Positions 26,073-38,182 are shown, numbered from the stretch's first letter. The stretch: 64,000 nt of DNA from an uncultured Bacillales bacterium (GCA_946615975.1 CAMOID010000002.1:7808-71807); one strand, 5' to 3'. Made by a program: numbers and translations. The notes: generated by a model from the letters alone, not told the origin.

Positions 26073-27203
26073 ATATTTATTATATTTTTTAAATTCTGTT
26101 TCTGTACCTAATTTAGTTTCAGATAACTTCTTAATTAATTCTTTTTGTTCTTTATCTAACTTCTTAGGAACTATAATTTGAATAATACCATATTCATCTC
26201 CAAGTTTACCTGATTTTTCATCATCTACACCTTTACCCTTAAATCTGAATTTTTCAGAGTTTTGAGTTCCAGCAGGTATTTCAGTAATGATTGTTCCATG
26301 AATTGTTGGAACTTCTTTCTTACAACCTAGAATAGCTTCTGTAATTGTAAGAGGAATCTTAACATAAATATCTCTTCCATCTCTTTGATAGATTTCATGA
26401 TCTTTAACTTGGAAATTAATATAAATATCTCCACGAGGTCCTCCATTACGTCCTGCAGAAGCTTTACCTGGCATACGCATTGTATCACCATCTTCTACTC
26501 CACGAGGAACTCTTAATTTAATAGCTTTAGGTGTAGATACTATTCCATCTCCACCACAGGCAGTACATTTCTTTTCAAATGTATGTCCATGTCCATTACA
26601 ATTTGGACAAACTGTTTCTGTTTGGAATACACCAAACATAGTTCTTTGAGCTTGAACTACTCTACCACGTCCACCACAAGTAGAACATGTTTTTTCATTG
26701 AAGCCACCTTTTCCTTTACAAGCTTCACATGTATCTTGAATATTAACTTTAAATTCTTTTTCACAGCCATATACTGCTTCTTCAAATGTTAAAGTCATAT
26801 TAACTTGTTTATCAGCACCTCTTTGTGCTCTAGAACCTCCAGAAGATCTTCTAGATCCTCCACCAAATGCATTACCAAAGATATCAAAGATATCTTCAAA
26901 GTTAATATCATCAAAGCCACCGAATCCGCCAAAGCCAGCTCCACCAGCTCCTGAAGCTCCTCCGAATCCACCATTTTGATCAAAGGCAGCGTGTCCAAAT
27001 TGGTCATATTTAGCTCTTTTATCTTTATCAGATAATACCGAATATGCTTCTCCAATTTCTTTAAACTTTTCTTGAGCATCTGGTTCTTTAGAAACATCTG
27101 GATGATATTTCTTTGCTAACTTTCTAAATGCACTTTTTATTTCAGCTTCTGAGGCGTTTTTATCAACACCTAGAACTTCATAGTAATCTCTTTTTGTTGC
27201 CAT
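26061..27203 (-). CDS. dnaJ: Molecular chaperone DnaJ
   Basis: J-domain with [10 protein letters not shown] (HPD), a Gly/Phe-rich linker, and four CxxCxGxG zinc-finger repeats. Confidence 0.95.
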   Translation of the reverse strand: MATKRDYYEVLGVDKNASEAEIKSAFRKLAKKYHPDVSKEPDAQEKFKEIGEAYSVLSDKDKRAKYDQFGHAAFDQNGGFGGASGAGGAGFGGFGGFDDINFEDIFDIFGNAFGGGSRRSSGGSRAQRGADKQVNMTLTFEEAVYGCEKEFKVNIQDTCEACKGKGGFNEKTCSTCGGRGRVVQAQRTMFGVFQTETVCPNCNGHGHTFEKKCTACGGDGIVSTPKAIKLRVPRGVEDGDTMRMPGKASAGRNGGPRGDIYINFQVKDHEIYQRDGRDIYVKIPLTITEAILGCKKEVPTIHGTIITEIPAGTQNSEKFRFKGKGVDDEKSGKLGDEYGIIQIIVPKKLDKEQKELIKKLSETKLGTETEFKKYNKYTED

Positions 27204-27207
27204 TTTT

Positions 27208-28998
27208 TTACGCCTCGTCTCTTAGTTTTACAAACTTATCTAGCATTGAATCAAAATATTCAATTGCTTTTTCATATACTTTTTTATCTGTAACATCTAT
27301 ACCTAATGTATTAAATATTTCTATATTATCAATAGATGTTCCTGTAGATAAGAATTTAATATAATTATCTAACATTTCTTTATTACCATTTAATATTTCA
27401 CTTGCAACATAAGATGCAATTGAAATACAAATAGAATATGAATATAGATAATAGTCCATGTAGTAATGACTTCTTCTTATCCATGATAATCCAGTAAATT
27501 CATCTTTATTAACAGTATCTCCATAGTATTTATCAATACTATCAGATGTTAATTTATTCATATAATCTTTAGTAATATTATTACCTTCATTAACATAGTT
27601 ATAGAAATCTTGTTCCATCTTTGCTTCTCTAACAGCTCCAAATAAATTAGAAACAATTACATCTAGTATATTTTCTATACCTTTTAATTTTTCTTTTTTA
27701 TCTTTACCATTTTCAGCTAAATATGAAGATAATAAACATTCATTTGTAAGAGAAGCTACTTCACTTACAAGTGAACCAATATCTCTATATTGAATTGGAT
27801 TATTTTCATTTACATATTGATGATGTACATTATGTCCACCTTCATGTGCTATTGTTGATACTGAATCTAAATCATAGTTATAACTTAATAGTATTCTAGA
27901 ATCAAAATCAACTCCAGCTGCTGAATAACCTCCTGAACATTTTCCTGGATATTGAGCATAATCAATATAATGATTATTAAATACCTTTATAAAATGATTA
28001 TAATAATCTTCTCCAAGTGGTTTAATTGCTTCTAGACAAAGTTTTTGAGCTTCTTCGATTGAATATTCATTATCAAGTTTAACCATCTCTAAATTTAAAT
28101 CACACATGTCTAAACTATCTAATTTAAGTGTATCTTTAAATACTCTAAAATACTTTTGTAATTTATCTACATTTTCTTCTACTGTAGTTCTTAATGCTTC
28201 ATATGCTTCATTTGGCATTTTAGTATTAAATAATTTTTCATCCCATGCATCTTTAAAATTATGTAATTTGCATGTAGTGATATTATTTTTAACATAACTA
28301 TTTAATAGAATTGCAGACATATCTCCATATTGATCTAATACTTTATTGTATTTAGTTCTTACTTCTTGTCTAATATCTTTATTTTCATTTTTTAATAATC
28401 TTCTTAAATTAGTTTGGGTAATCTTTTCTTCTTCACCATCGATTGTAATAGTACCATAGTCATTTAATTTATTTAGTAATGTTGCTGATGCATTACCATA
28501 GTTTGGTTGACTAATATTAAGTTCATTTATAATTATTTCTTTATCTGATGGTAAGATATGTTCTTTAGATCTATATATATTATCTAATATATATTTAAAT
28601 TCATTTAATTTATCATTTTCAAATAATGCTTCATATTCTTCTTTAGATAATTCTAGTAATTCAGGAGAAAAGAATGATACAGCATTTGAATATTTTGCTT
28701 CTTGTTCTTCTGCTTTAGACATTCTATCCATATTTTCAGATATACCTAATTCTTGATCATTAATTAAAAATGCATATACATTAATTCTATATAATAAAGC
28801 TAATGTATTATTATCTAGTTGTAGGAATTCATATAATTTATTTGAATCTTTAGTACATCCAACATATGTAGATAATTTTTCTATATTATTTTTTAATTCT
28901 ATAAAAGCTTTATCATATTCAGATGTATCTTTAAAGATATCTTTTAAATTCCATTTGTATTCTTCTGGTACTTCACTTCTTGAATTATATTTCTTCAT
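27208..28998 (-). CDS. pepF: Oligoendopeptidase F (M3B metallopeptidase)
   Basis: 596 aa, with a HEGGHNVHH zinc site in the expected C-terminal half and an N-terminal YKWNLKDIF start typical of PepF. Confidence 0.8.
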   Translation of the reverse strand: MKKYNSRSEVPEEYKWNLKDIFKDTSEYDKAFIELKNNIEKLSTYVGCTKDSNKLYEFLQLDNNTLALLYRINVYAFLINDQELGISENMDRMSKAEEQEAKYSNAVSFFSPELLELSKEEYEALFENDKLNEFKYILDNIYRSKEHILPSDKEIIINELNISQPNYGNASATLLNKLNDYGTITIDGEEEKITQTNLRRLLKNENKDIRQEVRTKYNKVLDQYGDMSAILLNSYVKNNITTCKLHNFKDAWDEKLFNTKMPNEAYEALRTTVEENVDKLQKYFRVFKDTLKLDSLDMCDLNLEMVKLDNEYSIEEAQKLCLEAIKPLGEDYYNHFIKVFNNHYIDYAQYPGKCSGGYSAAGVDFDSRILLSYNYDLDSVSTIAHEGGHNVHHQYVNENNPIQYRDIGSLVSEVASLTNECLLSSYLAENGKDKKEKLKGIENILDVIVSNLFGAVREAKMEQDFYNYVNEGNNITKDYMNKLTSDSIDKYYGDTVNKDEFTGLSWIRRSHYYMDYYLYSYSICISIASYVASEILNGNKEMLDNYIKFLSTGTSIDNIEIFNTLGIDVTDKKVYEKAIEYFDSMLDKFVKLRDEA

Positions 28999-29025
28999 GT
29001 ATATTCCTCTTTCTTATATACACGT

Positions 29026-29051
29026 AAAAGTTCTAGTCTCCTAGAACTTTT
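29026..29051 (-). other. Intra-operon hairpin between dnaK and pepF (possible partial terminator or processing site)
   Basis: Stem aaaagttctag/ctagaactttt with a 4-nt loop. Only 4 T residues follow on the minus strand. Confidence 0.3.
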
Positions 29052-29067
29052 TTCATGTATTTATATA

Positions 29068-30888
29068 TTAGTTTTTATCAACGAATTCTGCTTCTTCAGC
29101 ACCACCATTTGAATCAGATGATTCAGCTTGCGCACCTTGGTTAGCAGCTTGAGCTTCTTGATATACACGTCCAGCTAATTCCATAGCTTTATCTTGTAAT
29201 TCTTTAGTCTTATCTTTGATTTCATCAACTGATGATGAATCTTTTCCAACTACTTCTTTTAATGCAGCAATCTTATCTTCTACATCTTTCTTTTCGTCGT
29301 CAGTTAATTTTTCACCTAAATCTCTGATTGCACCTTCAGCAGCGAAGATTGCTTGATCAGCGTCATTTTTAGCATCAGCCATAGCTTTACGTTTTTCATC
29401 AGCTTCTTTATTAGCTTCTGCTTCTTTCATCATCTTATCGATTTCTTCATCAGATAAGTTAGTATTACTTGTAATAGTAATCTTTTGTTCTTTACCAGTT
29501 CCTAAATCTTTAGCTTTAACATTAACAATACCATTTGCATCGATATCGAATGTAACTTCAATTTGTGGTACACCTCTTCTTGCTGGAGGAATATCAGTTA
29601 ATTGGAAGTTTCCTAATGTCTTGTTATCTGAAGCCATTGGTCTTTCACCTTGTAATACATGTACATCAACAGCTGGTTGATTATCAACTGCAGTTGAGAA
29701 TACTTGTGATTTACTTGTAGGAATTGTTGTATTTCTTGGGATAAGAACTGTCATAACATTACCTAATGTTTCAAGTCCTAATGATAATGGAGTAACATCT
29801 AGTAATACTAAGTCTTCAACTTCACCAGTTAATACACCACCTTGAATAGCAGCACCCATAGCAACTACTTCATCAGGGTTAACTGATTTATTTGGTTCTT
29901 TTCCTAATTCTTTCTTAACAATTTCTTGAATATATGGGATTCTTGAAGAACCACCAACTAATACTACTTGATCAATATCAGAAGCTTTAAGATTTGCATC
30001 TTTTAATGCATTTCTTACTGACTCTAATGTTGAATCAAATAAGTCTTTATTTAAATCTTCAAATTTAGCTTTAGTTAAATCAATTTCAAAGTTTACTGGT
30101 TGTCCATCAACTTGAGCGATGAATGGTAAACTTATTGTTGTAGTTGTAGATGAAGATAATGCTTTCTTAGCTTTTTCAGCTTCATCTTTAACTCTTTGCA
30201 TTGCCATATTATCATTTTTAATATCAGCTTTTGTTTGTTTTTTGATTTCGTCAACTAAATAGTCAGCAACTCTCTTATCAAAGTCATCTCCACCTAAATG
30301 GTTGTTACCACTTGTAGATTTAACTTCAAATACACCGTCACCTAATTCAAGGATAGATACATCGAATGTACCACCACCTAAGTCATATACTAAGATAGTT
30401 TGTGTTTTATCTTGTTTATCTAAACCATAAGCAAGTGCAGCTGCTGTTGGTTCATTTACAATTCTTTCAACTTCTAATCCTGCAATCTTACCTGCATTCT
30501 TAGTAGCTTGTCTTTGAGCATCGTTAAAGTAAGCTGGAACAGTAATAACTGCTTTAGTTACTTTTTCTCCTAAATATGCTTCAGCATCAGCTTTTAATTT
30601 CATTAAAATCTTAGCTGAAATTTCTTCTGGAGTATATGATTTACCATTAGCTTTAACTTTTTCTCCAGAACCCATTAATCTTTTGATTGATGAAATAGTA
30701 TTGTCAGCGTTTGTTACAGCTTGTCTTTTAGCTTGAATACCAACAATTTCATCTCCATTTTTAAATGCTACTACTGATGGAGTTGTTCTTTCTCCTTCAG
30801 CATTTGTTATTACAGTTGGAGTACCACCTTCAAGAACTGATACACAACTGTTAGTTGTACCTAAGTCAATACCTATAATCTTTGCCAT
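29068..30888 (-). CDS. dnaK: Molecular chaperone DnaK (Hsp70)
   Basis: [32 protein letters not shown]. Confidence 0.97.
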   Translation of the reverse strand: MAKIIGIDLGTTNSCVSVLEGGTPTVITNAEGERTTPSVVAFKNGDEIVGIQAKRQAVTNADNTISSIKRLMGSGEKVKANGKSYTPEEISAKILMKLKADAEAYLGEKVTKAVITVPAYFNDAQRQATKNAGKIAGLEVERIVNEPTAAALAYGLDKQDKTQTILVYDLGGGTFDVSILELGDGVFEVKSTSGNNHLGGDDFDKRVADYLVDEIKKQTKADIKNDNMAMQRVKDEAEKAKKALSSSTTTTISLPFIAQVDGQPVNFEIDLTKAKFEDLNKDLFDSTLESVRNALKDANLKASDIDQVVLVGGSSRIPYIQEIVKKELGKEPNKSVNPDEVVAMGAAIQGGVLTGEVEDLVLLDVTPLSLGLETLGNVMTVLIPRNTTIPTSKSQVFSTAVDNQPAVDVHVLQGERPMASDNKTLGNFQLTDIPPARRGVPQIEVTFDIDANGIVNVKAKDLGTGKEQKITITSNTNLSDEEIDKMMKEAEANKEADEKRKAMADAKNDADQAIFAAEGAIRDLGEKLTDDEKKDVEDKIAALKEVVGKDSSSVDEIKDKTKELQDKAMELAGRVYQEAQAANQGAQAESSDSNGGAEEAEFVDKN

Positions 30889-30910
30889 TTTTACATTCCC
30901 TCTTTCTTAA

Positions 30911-31435
30911 TTATTCAGATACCTTAACCATGGCTGGTCTTAGTATTCTGTCTTTATACTTATATCCTTTTTGTAATACATCTATTACTAAGCCTTCTTT
31001 AACTCCATCTTTCTTTTCAGTTAAAACAGCTTGATGTATTGCTGGATCAAATTCCACGTTTATTTCACTTATTTCAGTGACTTCATTTTGATCTAATATA
31101 TCTCTTATTGATTGATATATCATTCTGAATCCTTTTAAGAATTCTTTGTTTTCTTCATTTTCCATAGCTAATGCTCTTTCGAAGTTATCTGATATTAATA
31201 ATAATTGTTTTAAGATATCTTCATTAGCATATTTATACATATTAGCTACTTCTAATTCTTTTCTTTGCTTGAAATTCATCATTTCAGCTTGTATACGCAT
31301 ACTTTTTTCTTTTTCTTCTTGTAGACTATTATTTAAGCTTTCTATTTGTTCTTTAAATTCTTCTAATATTTTCTTATCTTTTTTAATTTCTTTCTTTTCT
31401 TCTTTTATTTCTTTTTTTAAATCTTTTTCGTCCAT
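30911..31435 (-). CDS. grpE: Nucleotide exchange factor GrpE
   Basis: Charged coiled-coil N-terminus, NFKQRKELE, and C-terminal VLQKGYKYKDRILRPAMVKV. Confidence 0.9.
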   Translation of the reverse strand: MDEKDLKKEIKEEKKEIKKDKKILEEFKEQIESLNNSLQEEKEKSMRIQAEMMNFKQRKELEVANMYKYANEDILKQLLLISDNFERALAMENEENKEFLKGFRMIYQSIRDILDQNEVTEISEINVEFDPAIHQAVLTEKKDGVKEGLVIDVLQKGYKYKDRILRPAMVKVSE

Positions 31436-31443
31436 ATTATCAC

Positions 31444-32445
31444 CTATTTTTCAATGTAATCTTTTAAGAAGCTTAGTAAGGTAACAACTTTGTCATATTC
31501 CATTCTCTTTGGACCTATTATTGCAAGTGTTCCTTCATCATTGTCTACTTTATAATGTGTTTTAATTATTGTTACATCTGGGTCAAATTCAGTTTCATCT
31601 CCAATGTAAACTTTTACATCAGAATCATTTGTATCAATATGTTTAACTAATTCTTGATCTTCTAATTTAGCAATCATTTCTTTTAATTTATCTGGTTCTT
31701 CATATTCTTTATAATCTAGTAAATTAGTTTTACCACCAAATACTACATCAGTTTTATCAATTGCAAAATCTCTAAATGCATTATTGAAGAAAGATACAAC
31801 TTCTTCATATTTATTAACAACTGTTCTAATCTTTGGTTTGATATCTAATTCAAGTCTTTCTTGAATCTTATCAATTGGAGTATCAACTAATGCTTTATTG
31901 ATTATTTCACAAGTTTTTAATAACTCTTGTAAATCAATATCATTTGCTATATTAAATTGTTTATTTTCTACTAATCCTTGATTAGTTACTAATATAGCTA
32001 ATACTCTTTTACTATCTTCTGCATCATCTAATGGAATAATACTTATTTGTTTAAGTGTTGAATCATTTTTGTTTGGACCAATTACTACACTTGTATAATG
32101 TGTAATATCACTTATAATTTCCATACATTGTTGAACTGCATCAGATATAACTAATTGATTATTATTTAAAATTGTTTGTAATTTTAATACATCTTCACCA
32201 GTTAATTCTTTTGGTTTCATTAGATTATCAACATAATACTTATATCCTTTTTCAGATGGTATTCTACCACTTGAAGTATGTTCTTTTTCTAGAAGTCCTA
32301 GTTTTTCAAGATCAGCCATATCATTTCTGATTGTTGCTGATGAACAATTGAATTTTTCTACTAAGTCTTTAGATGGAACAGGATTAAATGTTTTGATGTA
32401 TTCTTCTACTATACATCTTAATAATTCTTCTTTTCTTTCACCCAT
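31444..32445 (-). CDS. hrcA: Heat-inducible transcription repressor HrcA
   Basis: N-terminal wHTH (SKDLVEKFNCSSATIRNDMADLEKLGLLEKEHTSSGRIPS) and its position as the first gene of the dnaK operon. I prefer the ATG at 32445; the ORF-track start at 32463 is a GTG inside CIRCE. Confidence 0.9.
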   Translation of the reverse strand: MGERKEELLRCIVEEYIKTFNPVPSKDLVEKFNCSSATIRNDMADLEKLGLLEKEHTSSGRIPSEKGYKYYVDNLMKPKELTGEDVLKLQTILNNNQLVISDAVQQCMEIISDITHYTSVVIGPNKNDSTLKQISIIPLDDAEDSKRVLAILVTNQGLVENKQFNIANDIDLQELLKTCEIINKALVDTPIDKIQERLELDIKPKIRTVVNKYEEVVSFFNNAFRDFAIDKTDVVFGGKTNLLDYKEYEEPDKLKEMIAKLEDQELVKHIDTNDSDVKVYIGDETEFDPDVTIIKTHYKVDNDEGTLAIIGPKRMEYDKVVTLLSFLKDYIEK

Positions 32446-32456
32446 ATGATCACATC

Positions 32457-32483
32457 CTAGCACTCTTCTTTTTTCAGTGCTAA
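32457..32483 (-). promoter_or_regulatory. CIRCE operator (HrcA binding site)
   Basis: Minus strand TTAGCACTG-N9-GAGTGCTAG versus the consensus TTAGCACTC-N9-GAGTGCTAA. A degenerate second copy (TTAGCAAAA-N9-AAGTGCTAA on the minus strand, 32503-32529) overlaps the -35. Confidence 0.85.
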
Positions 32484-32487
32484 TATA

Positions 32488-32516
32488 ATAATAGTATTAT
32501 AATTAGCACTTGTCAA
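32488..32516 (-). promoter_or_regulatory. Sigma-A-type promoter of the hrcA-dnaK operon
   Basis: Minus strand TTGACA-17 nt-TATTAT; CIRCE begins 5 nt downstream of the -10. Confidence 0.65.
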
Positions 32517-32548
32517 TAGGTTTTGCTAATTTTATGAAAAATAGTTAT

Positions 32549-32576
32549 AAAAAAAGATGTATTACTACATCTTTTT
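32549..32576. terminator. Terminator after the sortase-substrate gene
   Basis: Stem aaagatgta/tacatcttt (32553-32561 / 32566-32574) with flanking A/T runs. Confidence 0.65.
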
Positions 32577-34094
32577 AAATATCTTTTTCTTATTTATATA
32601 TAAGTATAATATTGTACTTATAGTTGTAATTACTAAGAAAATAGGAATTAAACTAAATACTCCTGTTTGTGGATTCTCTTCTACTTTAGAAGGTACATCT
32701 TTCTTCTCTTCTACAACATCTTTAGGTTCTTCTACTACTGTATCATTTGGTAATGGACAACAATTTTCAGATCCATTTTTATCATATACTTCTAATATAA
32801 TCCAAGAAGTAGCTAAACCTTCAATTAAGTCATCAATACCTACAGACCATGTCCATGCTCCATTTATAGATTTATCATCGGATTCTTCTACAGCATGTAT
32901 TAGTGCACATTGAAGTGGTCTATACTTATCTCTTGTTTCACCCATTGTTTTCATTAATTCAATCATAAATGCAGTATTAACAATTTCTAATTCAGTACCA
33001 TCAGCTGTTCCTTTTTTACCATCAATAGTATATTCTCCCCAATAGAAATAATTATCATTCATTAATACTTTAGCTGTATCATAGAATTTCTTTGCCCAAG
33101 TATTATCTGGATCATGATTAGCTATTCCTAATGTGAAATAGAAGAATTGATCCATTGTTATATCTGTTTCAGGACTAAATTCAGTTTCTAAATAATTGTT
33201 GTGGTTAACACCATAATAATTTGATGTATTTTCATCTTGTACTATATGTTCAAATGGTAATATATATTCTTTTCCATTTTTAGTAAATGTATTATATATA
33301 CCTCTATCTAACATATTGTATACCATATTAAAATAATTGTTTTCAAATGTTTTATATTTATCATTTGAAGTATAACTATATGCAACATTAGCAGCTATAA
33401 ATACTTGATATGCTATATCTAATGAAATATTCCATTTAGGTCTAAATACATCACCATCTGTATATAAAAAATATGGTAATCCACCTTTGAAGAAATCAAC
33501 TAATGATTCTTGTAAGTATATCATCGAATCAATAACTTCTAATCCAACAGTAGCATATTTATTATCATTTGTGATATGAGATAATTCAATTAAGAATGCA
33601 GCATTTACTAATAAGTCATTTGGATATGCTTCTAAAAAATTAGAATTCATTTGCCATGTTCCATTTATCATTTGTGTTTGAGGAGCAATTACAGTTAATT
33701 CACGTCCTCCATATACAAATGGTCTTTTTAATACTTTATTATTTAAAATATTATCACCTATTAATATTGCTCTTTCTAATAAAGCTGGATCATTTGTTTC
33801 TGTATATCCATTTAATAATATTAAAGCTGAAAATGATGAACTAATAGATAAATCCTTTATTAAATTTGGATTATTTAAAAGAATACTTTTATTTCTCATA
33901 TTATAGTTTAATAAGAATGTACCATTTGTGATACCTGTTAATCCATATTCATCAATATATTTTTGTCTATTCGAATCAGTAACTATCATATCTGTATTTT
34001 TAAACCAATCATATGCTTTAGAATTGTTATATGCATATATATTAATTGGTAATAAAAGTACCATGATTGATAGAACAATCATTGCTCTTTTCAT
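32565..34094 (-). CDS. Secreted, cell-wall-anchored protein of unknown function (signal peptide plus NPQTG sorting signal)
   Basis: I prefer the ATG at 34094 (GAGGAGA RBS), giving MKRAMIVLSIMVLLLPINIYA. The C-terminus reads ENPQTG, then a 22-aa hydrophobic segment, then NKKKIFKKM. Confidence 0.65.
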   Translation of the reverse strand: MKRAMIVLSIMVLLLPINIYAYNNSKAYDWFKNTDMIVTDSNRQKYIDEYGLTGITNGTFLLNYNMRNKSILLNNPNLIKDLSISSSFSALILLNGYTETNDPALLERAILIGDNILNNKVLKRPFVYGGRELTVIAPQTQMINGTWQMNSNFLEAYPNDLLVNAAFLIELSHITNDNKYATVGLEVIDSMIYLQESLVDFFKGGLPYFLYTDGDVFRPKWNISLDIAYQVFIAANVAYSYTSNDKYKTFENNYFNMVYNMLDRGIYNTFTKNGKEYILPFEHIVQDENTSNYYGVNHNNYLETEFSPETDITMDQFFYFTLGIANHDPDNTWAKKFYDTAKVLMNDNYFYWGEYTIDGKKGTADGTELEIVNTAFMIELMKTMGETRDKYRPLQCALIHAVEESDDKSINGAWTWSVGIDDLIEGLATSWIILEVYDKNGSENCCPLPNDTVVEEPKDVVEEKKDVPSKVEENPQTGVFSLIPIFLVITTISTILYLYINKKKIFKKM

Positions 34095-34183
34095 ATAAAC
34101 TCTCCTCAATTCTATATATATTATCTCAAGTAAATAATATTTAAACAATATAAGTGGTTCTGATTTAATGTAAATTAACAGAC

Positions 34184-34211
34184 AAAAAAAGAAGCATATT
34201 ACTATGCTTCT
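34184..34211 (-). terminator. Terminator after rpoC
   Basis: Stem agaagcata/tatgcttct (34190-34198 / 34203-34211) followed by a T7 run on the minus strand. Confidence 0.7.
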
Positions 34212-37200
34212 TCTACACTTTGTACTTCGATATTGTCATCTTCATCGTCCATGAATTCATTTTCAAGAACTTCTGAAGCATCATCAGATAAGTATTCCTT
34301 TTCTAATTCGATATCGATATTTGAGTAATCTTTGTAACCAGTTCCTGCAGGAATTAGTTTTCCTAAGATAACATTTTCCTTTAGACCGTTTAAGTAATCG
34401 ATCTTTCCTCTTATAGATGCATCTGTTAAAACTCTTGTAGTTTCTTGGAATGATGCAGCTGATAAGAATGAATCAGTTTCAAGAGCACTCTTAGTAATAC
34501 CTAACATTACTGGAACACCAGTTGCAGGTACTCCGCCTTCAAGAATAACAGGTTTGTTTCTATCAGCGAATTCATTCATTGATACTGTTAATCCAGCAAC
34601 TAAGTCTGTATCTCCACTATCAACGATCTTCATCTTATTAATCATACGTGAAGCAATAATTTCAACGTGTTTATCTGAGATATCAACACCTTGAGATTTA
34701 TATACTTTTTGTACTTCAGTTAAGATATACATTAATGTTGTAATTGGATCTGTTACTGCAAGTAATTCTTTTGGTGAAATAGCACCTTGAGTTAACTTGT
34801 CACCTGCTTTAACTTCTTGACCAACTTCTACAACTAACTTAGCGTCATATGCAGTTGTATGTTCATGAGAATCAGCATTATTCTTAATAGTAACTTTCCA
34901 CTTACCATTTACGTTTTCAATCTTGTCTACTGTTCCTGTTAATTCAGCAATAGTAGCTTTTGCTTTTGGATTACGAGCTTCGAAAAGTTCAACAACTCTT
35001 GGAAGACCTTGAGTGATATCAGCGTCACCACCATGCGCAGCACCACCTGAGTGGAATGTACGCATTGTTAATTGTGTACCAGGTTCACCAATTGATTGAG
35101 CAGCCATAATACCAACAGCTTCACCAGTTTCAACTAAGTTACCAGTTGCTAGGTTAATACCATAACATTTTTGACATACACCAGATTTAGCATGACATGT
35201 AAATACTGATCTAATTTCAACTTTCTTGATTCCGGCTTTCTTAATCTTACGAGCAGCAGATTCTGTAATAAGTTCATCTTTTGCTACGATAACTTGTTTT
35301 GTTTCTGGGTTGATTACATCTTTAGATGCAAATCTACCAACAATTCTTTCAGTTAATGATTCAATTACTGAACCATCTTTTTCATCAATTAATTCTTCTA
35401 CTGTTAATCCTGAGATTGAACCACAATCATGTTCTCTGATAATAATATCTTGAGAAACATCTACTAAACGTCTAGTTAAGTAACCAGAGTCTGCAGTACG
35501 TAACGCTGTATCGGCAGAACCTTTACGAGCACCGTGTGTATTTAAGAAGAATTCGTTAACTTGACGACCTTCAACTAATGAAGAAATGATTGGAACTTCT
35601 ACTTCAGTACCATCTGGTTTAGCCATGATACCTGACATACCAGCCATTTGACCGAAGTTACCTTTGTTACCACGAGCACCTGAGTTCATCATGATGAAGA
35701 TTGGGTTTTCAATTTGTTCATCAGCATAAGCAGCAAGTTCGTTGTGAACTAAGTCTTGTACGCCATTCCATACATCTACTACTGATGCATGTCTTTCTTC
35801 GTCAGTAATTAAACCACGTTTAAATTGTTTATTAATCTTTTCAACTTTTTCTTGACCTTCAGCAATATATTCAGCTTTATGTTTAGATGTTACGATATCA
35901 CTCATTGAGAATGTAATACCTGCGATAGTTGAATATTTGAATCCAGCATCTTTTAACTTATCAAGCATGATACTTGTTTCAGTTGTTTTATTTCTCTTAT
36001 ATACTTCTCCGATGATGTTCTTTAAGTCTTTCTTACCAAATGCTTTAACGATTGGCATCTTAGCAATTTCAAGTGGAATATTAACTCCCATTGGTAAGAA
36101 ATATTGTTTAGGTGTCATACCTTCAATATTATCTTTAGAACTATCTTCTAAGTATTGGAATGTATCTGGTAAAATTTCATTGAATTTAATCTTACCAATT
36201 GTAGTAACTAAATAAGAATCTAATACATCTTCTGGGAATAATTTGTATTTAATAGATCTTACAGGAACAGCAATTCTTGTTTGTAAGTCTAATTCTTTTC
36301 TTTCATAAGCCATTAATGCTTCATTTAAGTTCTTAAATACTTTACCTTCAGAAGTACCAGCTGGTTTCATAGTACCATCATTCTTATAATCTTTTCTAGC
36401 TACTTCTTCTAATCTAGCTTTCTTAGCTTTTTCATCTTCTAATACTTCTACAGTACCTTCGATGTAAGTTTCTTTAGTATCTTTGAATACAATCTTATAT
36501 GTATATTCACCAGGAGTTTTTAAATCAACTGCTGATGTATCAACTTCTAAGTCATCGATTACATATTCAATTGTTTCATCTGTATCTAAATGTCTAATAT
36601 AATCAATAGTATCTTTTGGTAATTTATCACCTTTAACTACATAGAAAGGTAATGCCTTACGAGTAATTTCCATTGTTATATAGTAGTTACCTAATACCAT
36701 ATCTTGTCCAGGAGTAACGATTGGATTACCATCTTTTGGAGATAAGATATTGTTTGAAGATAACATTAAGATTCTAGCTTCAGCTTTTGCTTCTTCTGAA
36801 AGTGGTACATGGATAGCCATTTGGTCACCATCGAAGTCAGCGTTGAAACCAGTACAAACTAATGGATGTAATCTCATTGCCTTACCAGGAACTAGTTTAG
36901 GTTCAAATGCTTGAATACCTAATCTATGTAATGTTGGGGCACGGTTTAACATAACTGGATGTTCTTTGATTGCATCTTCTACAACATCCCAAATTACATC
37001 GTCTCTATTATCGATTAATTTCTTAGCACCTTTAATATTATGAGCTAAACCTCTTTCAACTAAACCATTGATAACATGTGGTTTGAATAATTCAACAGCC
37101 ATTTCTTTTGGAATACCACATTGATACATCTTTAATGATGGACCAACAGCGATAACTGAACGACCAGAATAGTCAACACGTTTACCTAATAAGTTTTGTC

Positions 37201-38182
37201 TGAAACGACCTTGTTTACCTTTTAGCATTGATGCTAATGATTTTAATGGTCTTTGAGAAGCATTAGTAATACTTCTACCTCTTCTACCATTATCGAATAA
37301 TGTATCTACAGCTTCTTGAAGCATTCTCTTTTCATTTTGAACAATGATTGAAGGAGCTCCAAGTTCTAATAATTTCTTTAATCTGTTATTTCTATTGATG
37401 ATTCTTCTATATAAATCATTTAAGTCAGAAGTAGCAAATCTACCACCGTCTAATTGAATCATTGGTCTTAAATCTGGTGGAATAACTGGAATACAATCAA
37501 GTATCATCCATTCAGGTTTATTACCACTCTTTTGGAATGCAACTAAGCAGTCTAGACGTTTAACAAGTCTAACTCTCTTTTGTCCTGTTGCAGTTTCAAG
37601 TTCAGCATTAACTTCTTCAACTTCTTTATCGATGTCAACTTCTTGAAGTAATTTCTTGATAGCTTCAGCACCCATTCCTACTTTGAATGAATCACCATAT
37701 TTTTCATAGTATGCTCTATATTCTTTATCACTTAAAGTTTGTTTCTTTGCAAGTGGAGCTGTACCAGGATCTAATACTATATAACTTACGAAATATAGTA
37801 CTTCTTCAAGTTCTCTTGGAGAAATATCTAGTACAAGACCCATCTTTGAAGGAACACCTTTAAAGAACCAAATATGAGAACATGGAGAAGCAAGTTCAAT
37901 GTGTCCCATACGTTCACGTCTAACTTTTGAACTTGTAACTTCTACTCCACATCTATCACATACTACATTTTTATATCTTAATCTCTTGTATTTACCACAA
38001 GAACATTCGAAATCTTTAGATGGTCCAAAAATCTTTTCGCAGAATAAACCATCTCTTTCAGGTTTTAAAGTACGGTAATTGATAGTTTCTGGTTTTGTAA
38101 CTTCACCGTAAGACCATTCTCTGATCTTTTCAGGGCTAGCAATACTGATTTTAATACCTTTAATGTTATTAACGTCTATCAT
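34202..38182 (-). CDS. rpoC: DNA-directed RNA polymerase subunit beta-prime (1326 aa, with a ~105-aa insertion)
   Basis: Zinc-binding CSCGKY..CDRCGV, catalytic [15 protein letters not shown], and bridge-helix/trigger-loop regions. Its start overlaps the rpoB stop (TAATG). Confidence 0.97.
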   Translation of the reverse strand: MIDVNNIKGIKISIASPEKIREWSYGEVTKPETINYRTLKPERDGLFCEKIFGPSKDFECSCGKYKRLRYKNVVCDRCGVEVTSSKVRRERMGHIELASPCSHIWFFKGVPSKMGLVLDISPRELEEVLYFVSYIVLDPGTAPLAKKQTLSDKEYRAYYEKYGDSFKVGMGAEAIKKLLQEVDIDKEVEEVNAELETATGQKRVRLVKRLDCLVAFQKSGNKPEWMILDCIPVIPPDLRPMIQLDGGRFATSDLNDLYRRIINRNNRLKKLLELGAPSIIVQNEKRMLQEAVDTLFDNGRRGRSITNASQRPLKSLASMLKGKQGRFRQNLLGKRVDYSGRSVIAVGPSLKMYQCGIPKEMAVELFKPHVINGLVERGLAHNIKGAKKLIDNRDDVIWDVVEDAIKEHPVMLNRAPTLHRLGIQAFEPKLVPGKAMRLHPLVCTGFNADFDGDQMAIHVPLSEEAKAEARILMLSSNNILSPKDGNPIVTPGQDMVLGNYYITMEITRKALPFYVVKGDKLPKDTIDYIRHLDTDETIEYVIDDLEVDTSAVDLKTPGEYTYKIVFKDTKETYIEGTVEVLEDEKAKKARLEEVARKDYKNDGTMKPAGTSEGKVFKNLNEALMAYERKELDLQTRIAVPVRSIKYKLFPEDVLDSYLVTTIGKIKFNEILPDTFQYLEDSSKDNIEGMTPKQYFLPMGVNIPLEIAKMPIVKAFGKKDLKNIIGEVYKRNKTTETSIMLDKLKDAGFKYSTIAGITFSMSDIVTSKHKAEYIAEGQEKVEKINKQFKRGLITDEERHASVVDVWNGVQDLVHNELAAYADEQIENPIFIMMNSGARGNKGNFGQMAGMSGIMAKPDGTEVEVPIISSLVEGRQVNEFFLNTHGARKGSADTALRTADSGYLTRRLVDVSQDIIIREHDCGSISGLTVEELIDEKDGSVIESLTERIVGRFASKDVINPETKQVIVAKDELITESAARKIKKAGIKKVEIRSVFTCHAKSGVCQKCYGINLATGNLVETGEAVGIMAAQSIGEPGTQLTMRTFHSGGAAHGGDADITQGLPRVVELFEARNPKAKATIAELTGTVDKIENVNGKWKVTIKNNADSHEHTTAYDAKLVVEVGQEVKAGDKLTQGAISPKELLAVTDPITTLMYILTEVQKVYKSQGVDISDKHVEIIASRMINKMKIVDSGDTDLVAGLTVSMNEFADRNKPVILEGGVPATGVPVMLGITKSALETDSFLSAASFQETTRVLTDASIRGKIDYLNGLKENVILGKLIPAGTGYKDYSNIDIELEKEYLSDDASEVLENEFMDDEDDNIEVQSVEEA

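Noticed and set aside
26583-27364. ORFs 26583..26792 (+), 26795..27097 (-, alternative frame) and 27128..27364 (+) overlapping dnaJ and pepF.
   Set aside because: They are fully embedded in genes whose products show complete canonical motifs. The alternative-frame product is a low-complexity Leu/Glu repeat.
32503-32529. A second CIRCE element (TTAGCACTT-N9-TTTTGCTAA on the plus strand).
   Set aside because: One half-site is degenerate. I note it under the CIRCE feature but do not call it an independent operator.
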